Below the pieces are notes generated by a model that worked only from the letters and a program-made list of their open reading frames with translations, was not told the origin of the DNA and did no database searches. Source: Styela clava (taxonomy: Eukaryota). Taken from it: 64,000 nucleotides of DNA. Where the stretch lies: positions 8,804,001 to 8,868,000 of the forward strand of contig NC_135256.1 in the NCBI RefSeq assembly GCF_964204865.1. The letters are read 5' to 3'. Positions 31,055 through 42,180 of the stretch are shown piece after piece. The translations under genes were made by a program, and so were the position numbers. Positions within the stretch are counted from its first letter, which is position 1. Each line of letters starts with the position of its first letter.

Positions 31055-32118
31055 AATTAAATCTGTAACTTACCTGAAAAGCAAATTACTGGCGTAAAAG
31101 TGATTAAAAATTGACAGCACCGGTACTACGGTACCGGTACCTGTATCGCAGTGGCTTACGATAGGATTCTGAACTGCCTTTCCTGCATATACGGTATATA
31201 TTCATATTTTATAATAATATTATGCATTTTTATTTTCAGTTTTCTATATCTTGTCAACTTCGCGCAACTTCAAATCTGTAAACATACCCTGTAAAAAATC
31301 CAACAACGCCTGTATGATTCGATTGTCCAGCGGACGACAGAGGTGTAAAACCCACGCTAACACCAGATGTCGCTGTCAACAACTCGGTGTCATGCAAGAA
31401 AGCTAAAGCTTCCAGACTAGTTATATAATGGCTATGGTTATATCACTACTGTGACTGAATTGACTAGTATGATGGCTAGTTGAAGCAACTAGCGAAGTTG
31501 AAGATGTGATGGGCAGTCTAAATTGTTACCTGGATTCCGATCGTTTTGGTTGGGAATATATGCCGACAATATAGGCCTGATAGAAAACTAAAAATCAAAT
31601 GCGAATTCGATTAGCCTAGTGTTTACACAATAGGCCATGGGCCGAAAGCCGTACGGTGTCGACTGTCGGTTGGTGGTGACTGTTTGGGGGGAATGTCAAC
31701 TTTGTATCATTCGATTCAGAAATGATTCCTGATTACGGTAAACTAAAGTTGACATCCTCAAAGTGGAGCAATTACGCGCAAAAGGCGCCGAAACTTGCCT
31801 TGTCGCGCCACCTCAATCGGATTAATGACGTAAAAAAATCTTTCGTCACGCTTGGTTGGTTTGCGAATAAAAACGTAAAATAGACGTATTTTGTAATTCT
31901 TATTTTACATGTTTTAATATTTTTCAATTTATATAATTTTTTTGTGAACGTTTACGCGCAATTTTGTAATAAATCTCCGCTATCCGTCGCTATCGTTGCT
32001 AGGCTACGGGCGAAGCCGCCGACTGTCGTCTGCCAGTAGTTCGACTGCTATTATTTTTACGTTCCGTTTCAGGTTCAGTGTTCGGTGATTTCAATGAGAT
32101 TCCGATAGATATTAAACT

Positions 32119-35100
32119 ATGTCAGAAACCACATGCTGTATACACTACCACGACTGCGACGATGGCCTTTTGACTGAGATATCGGTCAAAAGTTGTAAAA
32201 GGATATGGTAGGCTATAGTTCATTAGCCTGGAAAGATTTGGAATGTGAGGTAGATAAAGAAATAGCAATAAATATTTTGAAGTTGGATGAAGATATTCTT
32301 AAAACTAAGCAATGCCACAAAAAATGTTATTCAAAGTTCACGAACATAACAAGAATTAACAAAGCTCGTTCTAAAAAGAAGCCCATAGACACCGAAAATA
32401 GATCTGAATTAGGAATCAAGCCAAAAAGAACTTCAAGCGAAATTTTTGCAGATATTGGTAACAAATTTGCAAGACGGAATAAGAATGTTCTTCCCAAAAC
32501 ATGCATTATATGCAGAAAAGAAAAATTTATTGAAAGACATAAAGCACATTCAAGAGAAAAACTGTCATGTTGCGAATATTCGTCTGGTAAGATTTTTTCA
32601 GATAATTCAGTATAGATGAGGGGGTCTGGCATGGATATATCATTTATTTTAACCAGGCCTTGGGTTGAACACCAATTCAATATTCTTGTTGCAAATTCAT
32701 AAATAACGCTATAAGGTAATTTATATAATCCAGGCAGTTTATAATTGAGTGTCAGGATGACTAACATGTATGAGTTTGTTGTATAGCTGATTTTTAGGCA
32801 CACATAATAGAATTCGAATAACATATCAGTTTAGTTATTGATGTTAAAGCATTTGTTTAGTATAGCAACGCACATGTATTACATGATTTTAATTTAAAAG
32901 TTCGAGAGAGATTTCTCATTTTAGTTCCATACTGATGTAGGCAATATTTTATTTCAGGTGGCCTTTTCTACGAAGCTGCCCTGGCAAGAAACGATGAGTC
33001 TGTATTGGTGCAAATCAGAAATAGAGACTTGGTAGCGATCGAAGTGCGATATCATCCGTCGTGCTATAAAGAATACATAAAAATACTAACAATCAAACCA
33101 ATATCTTCGTCAAATATCAACAACGAAAATGTATACACCAAACATTTTAAAAATTTTTGCACATCTGTTGTTAATTCTATAATAATAGAAAATGGAAATC
33201 CAATTACACTCATTAAATTGAAGCAGTTGTTCGTAGAATTTGTTGCCAAGGATGGCCTGTACATAGATAGTGACCTACAAACGTCATATTTTAAACAAAA
33301 GCTGAAAACATGTTTACCAGCATTACTTTTTTTACGACCATCAATGCGCAGAAAAAGCGAAATTGTGTATTCACCGGAAAGCAAAAAACACATCGCAGAC
33401 TATTTGGAAATAAATGGAAATGACTATCATTACGATGAAACATCTCAAGTAGATTTTATATCCGAAGTCAAACGAGACATGTATAGATCTGCCGTTTTCC
33501 TGAAGAATGTGATCAAAAATTACGAAGGATGTGAAAAGACCTGGCCACCAACATCATCGGATTTCGAACTTCGTAATTTACAGAAAAGCATCCCAGTAGA
33601 ACTTTATAATTTTTTAGCATGGATAGTAGGAGCAAGTGAAGATATTAGCAACGAAGGATTCCTAAATGTCTCGGAATTCTACAACATAAGGTTAGTTTCG
33701 CTTGCCCAAAATGTCATCTATCTGGCTTCAAGGGGTAGAAAACAAACACCGAAACACTTAGCGTTAGGAATGACAGTTAGGCATTGGACCGGTTCTTCTC
33801 GACTTATAGAATTGCTCCACGGCCTTGGCCACTCGGCATCCCATTCTGTTGTGCTGGAGCATGATACTGCATTGACCGAATTGCAACTGCAAAAACACAC
33901 GATTGTTCCCGATTAGGGTTAGTTCGGATACCTATAATTTTCACTATCCGGATAACGGATATATCCGGGTATTCCGTATTTTAAATATACGGTTAACCGG
34001 GTAGTTACTGCTGATTTTAGAGAACCGATTTCGCAGGATTTTCGCGGTGAATTGAACGAATAACACCACACAGTTCTGTTGTAAATACTCACATATGTAT
34101 TATTTTTCTTGAATATGAATTATTGTGCATTTTAATATTGCATGTGTCAATAAATAATAATTTAAGCTCAGTAGTCGTACCGATGTACAGCGGAATAATA
34201 AAATGAAACATTTTTTGAAAATATTGTGTCCTAATTTTTTTTCCCCCAACTGCTAAGTTATTTTCCCTATTATGTAAAGATTTATATTATTTTTACTTTA
34301 TTGTAAAGTTTTTTAAAAGTTTCTTTTTGTGTCTAGAGCCTCTTTTCTTTAAATTTTGACTCGTACTAAATTTTAGTGTCGCAGACTCACAATGATCATT
34401 TTTGATCATCCGCACCTTCCTATCAATTGCAATGAAATTTAATATTGTCATGTATAGTATTTTGTTTTCTATAATATTTGGTGATTTCTTGCACGACGAA
34501 ATAAACTTTGTTAATATATACCACAAGAGCATGCATATAAATGAAATCATGAACACAAAAAATCGTGCATTTCGAACATTTTATTTCGGTGAGAGAAGTA
34601 TTCAAAAAATAGAATATAGGGGGAACAAATTCCGTGAAGTGTATAGGAAAATATAAGTCATTTGAACAAAAATTTTAATAACAAAGCAAATTGATGATTA
34701 TGAAAAAACCGAAGTGGTCAGAAATTTCTTCTAATTTGAAAACTTCACTTATTTAACATGTCACTGTAAATATTCTCACGTTTGTACTAATTAGGCCACA
34801 ACTTTAAATCTATTTCCATTCGAATACCTTTTAAACTAAATTAACAGAGCCAAAACAATGCTGCGCCAGTTTTTGAACAACTTTACTTACCACCCTAAAT
34901 GAGTAAACAAAAAACATGACACGATACAGAGTCTGTCACATTAAACTTTTCTGAAATATTATAGACCATTTTGCAAACAAATTTGTTTGTGAAAGTTCCA
35001 TGAAAACCATAAATGTAATAACAGCCTTTCCTCCTCATTTTGAAATTTTCGAAAACGTCACTAATAAAGGCGGTCGAATTTTACAGGCTAATTGTATTAT

Positions 35101-38100
35101 CATCGCCGATCGTTTTCTTCCGCATCGCGTTATTATTTGGGGAATTAACATCGGCATTATGCCAGTTTTAATTTGAAAAGAAGTTACATCCCGTGAAAAG
35201 TTACCCTTGTTGTAAATTCAGTAAATACGATTATTACGAAATTTTGGCGATTCAACAGCGCCTAAAATAGAGTCTTGTTTTATCTATCACTGGCTCATAA
35301 TTCAAGAGTCGTGGTATTTTCGTTAGCATTCAATTCCTTATTGTCAGTCAAAAATGTGTGTTTCAGATCTACTCTCTTAACGATAGATAGATACGACGAT
35401 AGATAACATACTGCGGCCATTTCAGTTCCGGGCGAAATAAAACAATTATCGGCGTTATATACCGACGAAACTGAACCCGACTTTTCTCCCGAAAATGTTG
35501 ATATATAACTATAAGCTAATTAATATCTGCATTTATTGTACTAAATAAATTATACTCATTGGAATTGCAATAATAGCTCAAATTTGATGAATTTTCAAGA
35601 TAGCAAAATAGGAAATTGGATTTGTTCGTGCAGCTTACCATTTATTTTCATATCTAGAGTAGAAATGATTTTATTTTAAGGTAAGTCGGGCTCTTCTATA
35701 CCGCAAATACGCAATAATCACATTTTTCTGCGTGTTTTGTGATGTAATACTATAGTCAAGTTCACTCCAGCATTACACGGATGACTAAAATATGCAGAGT
35801 GGTGTGGATATAAGTGAATATTATATGCTCTGAGAGATGTCATTGGCCACTCAACAAAAAATATAAAAATCACTAATGCGCATATGCATTATTTATACTG
35901 CTCTATTATCCGGTTAACCGTTACAATAATATCCGGTTATCAGATAGGAAAATACCTCTTGGTTAATCGGTTATCCGGTTAACCGCTATCCGGATAATCC
36001 AACCCTATTCCCGATGGGTTTCTACCGCGCATTCCGTCAACAATTGTTTGGGATAATAATGATTTCAATGAAGAGACAAAATCTGGAGAAGGAACGACAC
36101 ATAATACAAATGGAATTTTAATACAGGTCAGAGAAACTGTTGTTGCCTCTCAATCACGAGAAAAACTAAGCGACGTTCTGTTCCAACTCGATCGGAATTC
36201 ATAACCTCGTACCGGGGTTCAAAGACTTCCGAACCTGCTAAGATTTCAAAAGAAATTATGTATTCCACTGCCTGTTCTTCGATAACTTCCAAATATTTGA
36301 ACATAGATCTTGCATACGTACTTCTTAAACTCCCAGAAGTTTCAAAAACAGTTGTTCCGGGCTGGACTGCTTTTAATACCATTCTTCATAAAAGTACTGC
36401 CCGTGTGTCAACAATATATCAACAATTAACACAGTACTCGAAAAAAGTGTTGCTATTGCTGATGAACTTGACTTACACTCTGTTGTGGTGGTATTTGATC
36501 AGGCCATATACGCTAAGGCCCAAAAAATACGTTGGAGCAATCCACTTTTCTACAAAAGATTGGTTTTGCGACTTGGAGAGTTCCATACATGCATGTCATT
36601 CCTCTCTGTAATTAGAAAACGATACGAAAGCTCTGGTCTATCGGATATATTAATAGAGTCCCGTGTCGTTGCTCCAGGTTCCATTAATAGTATAATGCAT
36701 GGTCGCCATTACATTAGGAGTATTCGAGCCCACAAACTCGTGTTTGAGGCGTTGCATAGGATGCGGTGGAACGTATTCATCAAAAACCAATCATTGCAAA
36801 GCAAAGCCAAGGTTTCCGATTTGGCATCAAAGCTGAATAATGCTTATACAGACCCTCAACTATTCAAACAAATATGTGAAAGCAAAGAAGTGAGGAGTCT
36901 AATGGTGGATTATCAGCTTTTTATAGAGCATCAGAGCAAGATGAATAAAACATTTAGTTTATGGAGTTCTTATATCGATATGGTTGAACTTCTGCTGCAA
37001 TTTATTCGTGCTACTAGAGACGGCTTATGGGATCTCCATCTTGCTACACTTCATAAAATGCTACCCTGGTTTTTTGCATATGATCATATCAATTATGCGA
37101 GATATGTCTCAGTCTATTTGTCTGAAATGGAAAATTTGTCATCAAGTCATCCTGAAATATATCAGTATTTAAAGCAGGGAAATTTTTCTGTACAGCGTCA
37201 TGCTCAATATGGTTTCAGCCAAATTGCCTGCGATCAATTAATTGAGCAAACTTTGAACAGAGATTCTAAAACCCGAGGAGGAATTCGTGGGCTATCTTTA
37301 ATTAAACAAAAATGCTGTAAATAGATAGCTTCTATCACACCATCAACGCGCTCTTATTTCTATGGCATGCAGGGAAATGGCTGGAAAAGATGCTACTAGA
37401 CGACAACGCAAAGACCTTGATTCTGCTAACTCAATCAGAGATGAACAAAACGTGCAATCAATAGTCGATACGGTGACCTTCATGACCGACCCGTTTGATT
37501 TAGAATGCGACTCTCTGATGAACCTTTCTTCGGGGTCCGTTGCATCAGATGCTATTAAAATGGATATGGAAGACGCATTTAGACTGGGAAAAAACAACGC
37601 AGATTTATTTTGCCAAAACCGAATTCTTGCTAATTCAACTATAAGTATATTTACTCCGATAAAACAGCTAAAATTAAAAACATTTGCTTCGGGTAGCGCC
37701 AAAATTAACGAAAAAGTACCACACTTCTCTAAAAAATCAGAAGATAATTTCTATAGGCTTCTACTTATTGGAAAAACGAAAAATATAGAACTGCAAGAAA
37801 TGCTAGAATATCCATTAACTGATATCCCCGCATCTATTGGATCACCAAACGGAACGCCGGTGAGAACTAATAAAGCCAGGCTCTTGCACGAATTGGAAAA
37901 TAGTGTGCCAGAAGTATTAGTCAAATCATATCCATTGAATGCAGCTCTTGTAATAGATGGTATGGCTTTATTGCAATCTTTGAATAATATTCCGGAAACT
38001 TTTGGAAGACTCTTAAATATGATTTTCGACAGAATAATTAATATGGCAAAGTCTTACAATTGTAACAGGGTTGACTTTGTGTGTGATACTTATCCAGATA

Positions 38101-39227
38101 TTAGCATAAAAAATTTTGAAAGGTGTCGAAGATCATCGAATGAAAGCGAAATCATCAAAATAGTAGGATTGGAACAAAAAACGCCTAAACAGTTTAAAAA
38201 GTTTTTGTTTTCCGGCAAGAATAAGGAGGCTCTTGTAGAATTTTTAATTTCGTTTGCTCCGAGTTATCAACCTTCATGTTCTGTAGGGAAAATGAAAATT
38301 TTTATCGGCCACGGTGCTGAGTGTCACTGCATCAATTTCAGGCAATTCCAGCTTTGCGTATCGGGCGAGCCTTCTTTGGTCAACGATCACGAAGAAGCAG
38401 ATACCAAGCTTTTATTACACGCAAAGCATTGTTCATCGGAATTTAACGACGTAATTATTAACAGTCCTGATACCGATGTATTGATATTGTCATTGGCACA
38501 TTCTTCCTATATTGGATGTAATTTGTATTTTTTAACGGGAAGTGGTTCGCAGTCCAGGATGTTATCAATCAGAAAAATGGTTAACTACTTCGGAAATGTC
38601 TTTTGCAAAGCTATTCTGGGTCTACATGTATTTAGCGGATGTGACACCATTAGCGCTTTCCGTGGAAAGGGAAAAGTGAAGGGTATGCGACATTTATTGA
38701 AATCAAAAGAATTCATACAAGCTTTTTCAAAGTTAGGAGATCAGTGGTACATTCCAGAAAATATTTATATTCAACTTTCAAAGTTTGTTTGCACTCTTTA
38801 TGGTTATTCTGATGAGATGTCTGTTAACAAAGTACGTTTTGAAATATTTCAAAATAAATCGTTAGACGAACCCTGTATGCCCCCATCTGATGATGCTATC
38901 GTACTCCATTCAGCACGTGCAAACTACCAATGTGCCATACACAGAAGAGCACTGCAAAATTTTATATCTGCTCCAAATCCTGATGACCACGGATGGATAG
39001 TAAATGATAGCAATATAAATATTAAATGGATTTCAAAACAAATTGCCCCAAACTCAGTGCTAAACCATTCTAAATGCAGATGCGCCAAATTAAATTGCAA
39101 GAGCAGCAAATGCCCTTGTGTGAAGTCAGGGTTTTCATGCTCCAGTTTGTGCAGCTGCAACGATTGTAGCAACGCGGATGTCATACGTGAGGAAGACGAT
39201 GATATTAATATCGAAATAGGGTTTTAA
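32119..39227 (+). pseudogene. Academ transposase pseudogene (DDE core, XPG/FEN1-like nuclease, Cys-rich tail)
   Basis: Motifs WDNND..EET..G.GTTH, FDQAIYAKA, LGEFH and DQLIEQTLNR; XPG-like HEEADT, DTDV and SGCDT...GKGK; C-terminal CRC..C...CPC...C...CSC..C. Disrupted by frameshifts (~32205, ~36250, ~36410-36480, ~37300), an in-frame TAG (~37326) and the hAT insertion at 33914. Intron at ~32587-32957. Confidence 0.88.
33914..36007. mobile_element. Non-autonomous hAT (Ac-like TAGGG ends) element inserted in the Academ transposase
   Basis: tagggtt...aacccta ends, perfect 8-bp TSD ttcccgat (33906-33913, 36008-36015) and atccgg/taaccg subterminal repeats. Removing it restores the frame ...HTIVPD-GFLPRIPSTIVWDNND. 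Confidence 0.92.
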
Positions 39228-40993
39228 CTTTCATGAAGTCCATCCCAAACAACTAAAATAGTGACATACATTCATTATACGAGATGAAGAGCACGAATTA
39301 TTTCAATTTAAACATATTCAATAGTGATTATGCACCATATTAGCCGCTTGCTTGTTCATTTTTTATATTTTAATTGCTTTTTTTTGCAATTCTTACAATT
39401 GTCATAGTAAATTTTATAGCAGGTGGGACATGAGAAATATTTTGCCTTTTGTTTTTTTATTATTTCTGGCCAAACGCGCTCTTGCTCTCTCTGTACTCGT
39501 TTTGTGTTCTTTTCATAGCATAGTGTTTTTTAATGTTTAGTTTTGCCATAATTAGTTTTGTTACTTTTACGGAAGAATATGCCATAAAAAACTAGTTTTG
39601 AAATATCCGTTTCTGTGTGTATCGATAGGAAACAGCAGGTATGGTCATTGCAGATTACTTAGTCTCCGCACAATAACAGAAAAAAAATGTTGAAAAGCAG
39701 TTATGACGTCACATTTGACCAATGACATTAAACAACATGATAGGCAACTCTGACGTCACTCCATAAGACTACAGGCGAAAGATTGTATCTCATGATACGC
39801 TCCAATGCACATATTTCTCGTCGCCTTTCGCGTCTGTTTTCCGCTCGCTTTTGCTACTTGGCGTCTTTTTTACGTGTAGTACCTGCCTTTTTGCGCCTAT
39901 AACGAAACAAAATAATCTCTATATCTATGAAGTTTTGATCACTTGGAAAGCTGGAATGGCAGGCAAGCTGTAAAGAGCAATTCTGGACATCATAGACGTT
40001 TTTTTTATCAGAGAAGATTACAAACGCGATAGCGGAAAAATTTGTGTGGAACATTTTGCAGATAATGACAAAGTTCAAAGTTAGTAATTTTAATGTTTGC
40101 GCTTAATCATTGAAATTTTATTTAAAGAGGGTGTCATACAAAACTGTGCTGTGATACAATTCCATAACACAAAGTTTGCACCTATCGAACTTGCTTTTGT
40201 AGGTGAATTTATTAGACATATTACATATTCAGTTAATCGTAGGTAACATTGCTGGTACATAATGCATCGTAGATAGATTTGTTTAAATTTAGCTCATAGC
40301 TCACTAATTAATATTATCTTCTATGCTGGAGGTCGCAGGGCTGAATTCAACTTGCAGCCTTACCGACCACCTGGCAATGCTCATTTAGTTTGGCTCGAGC
40401 CAGTCTTCTTGAAATGCTTGTGTGGATGGAAACTACCTATATTTTTTGCCTTCCTCTGATTTTAAACAAATTTATTCTGAGGGATTTCGCATATAATTCT
40501 CATTGGTTGTTGGCTGTTTATACTTCCTATTGATTGTGAATTCTGATTATAACAAAGAGTTAATTTTTTTTATCTAATTTACTGGCACCTTTTTCTTGTC
40601 AATACTCCAAGCTGAGGTAATAAACAAGACAATACTTTTATGTCATCTGGAAGCAAAATATGCACATTAATTAATAGTTTGGCACATTGAGATAATACAC
40701 CATGACAGAAAATACAAGTTAAAGATATGTATGACCATCACATGGTAATTAAAATTAAAAAAACTAATAGGGGCTGTGGAGTATGAAAAGTTCAAGACAA
40801 AGAAAAGAACAAATGTTCATAGCTCATGAACAATTTTGCCTCCATTGCTTTGTGAAGGCCAATATATTTCGAGTGGCTGAATTGGTTTACCTTTATGATA
40901 GCAAGGATTTTGTATTTAATATAGCGAGATTATTTCAATTTAATTGAAGTGATATTATTACCCAAAGCAATGCTTGAATCGTCTAGAATAGAT

Positions 40994-42180
40994 CAGTGGT
41001 GTCAAACTTATGGGTTTTCGAGAGCCGCATTGCATTTTGGAAATTGTAAAAAGAGCCGCAAACAGTTTTTGATAATGTATACTTAAAAGATATTTTTAAG
41101 ATAGTTTTAGTTTGTGACATATATTGTGGAGCAACTAAACAGTTGGATTAAGTTTTATTATTTTCCTCAATTTCAAATGCAATTACATATTAATATTTGC
41201 ATTCCACTATTATTGCAACATTTGCAAGTTACTGTATTTATTATAAAAAATCATAAAATAATATGTACAACCATCAAAATCATTTTTGAACAAGCTTTGA
41301 ATAAGGAAAGAATAATACATACACTAAAACTAACTTAATCTAAATATATGAACCTAAAATTAACAAAAACACTACAGTATAAACTAAATGTTTTAATAAT
41401 TATATTTGTCCTGACGTTTGACATCTTTTTTGTGTCACCAGCATACTAAGGCCAGACTGAAATGATTTTATAGTACCAACGCTAACTAACGAGGCCACAT
41501 GATCATGGGTTAATCTGGATCTTTGCGAATGTTTAATTAATTCCAGTAATGCAAAAAAGTTACTTTTATCATTTCATGTTAAGATCAGTAAAAAAACAAA
41601 TGACAGATTTTTTCGACAAGACATTTCGCACCACATTGCGTGGCATAGGATTGCTTGAATTATTATTGATATTGATTTTTAGTAACTAAGTCGTTGTATA
41701 ATTATATTAATATACAAACACATGAAAATTTTCTGTTCGAAGTTGGTCTTCGAATTTGTCATATTGACTGCTGAGCTTATTGTGTTTTTTCATTGTATTG
41801 ATGGAAATATGACAAATTAAACAATGTGCTTCAGAATTTTGTGAAAAGCAGAAATGTTACAACTCCCATTTTCTTCGAAAATGCCACCTTCTTCATGTAC
41901 TTTACGTTTAATTTAATCACTCAAGTGTTTTATTCAAGTATTCTTTTGCAAGCTTGATGTGTATTCTTAATTGGGTCAAAATGTGGAAAAAAAAAATTAA
42001 TATTCCAAAACTACTTTCAGTAAATTGTTTTCTGTGTGAATAATCAATTTCACTTTAGAAGGTTTGAAAAATCTATTACATTTAGATGAAAAAAAAACTT
42101 CCAAAATACTATTACAATTATTGTTAAGCGTTCGAGGGCCGCACTGGAAGTTCTCTGGGACCGCGAGTTTGAGATCCCTG
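40994..42180 (-). mobile_element. Internally deleted Charlie/Buster-type hAT element inside the Academ
   Basis: Ends cagtggtgtcaaact...agtttgagatccctg with a gtctaga target on both sides. Relic peptides KRKVHEEGGIFEE (~41880-41910) and LIKHSQRSRLTHDH (~41500-41540). Confidence 0.75.

Larger units (their letters stand above)
25470..31436. mobile_element. P-superfamily DNA transposon, 5,967 bp, apparently intact, with two convergent genes
   Basis: Perfect 28-bp TIRs catagccattatataactagtctggaag (25470-25497, 31409-31436), 5'-CA...TG-3' ends and a 7-bp TSD gttatat (25463-25469, 31437-31443). Contains a THAP/P transposase. Confidence 0.95.
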
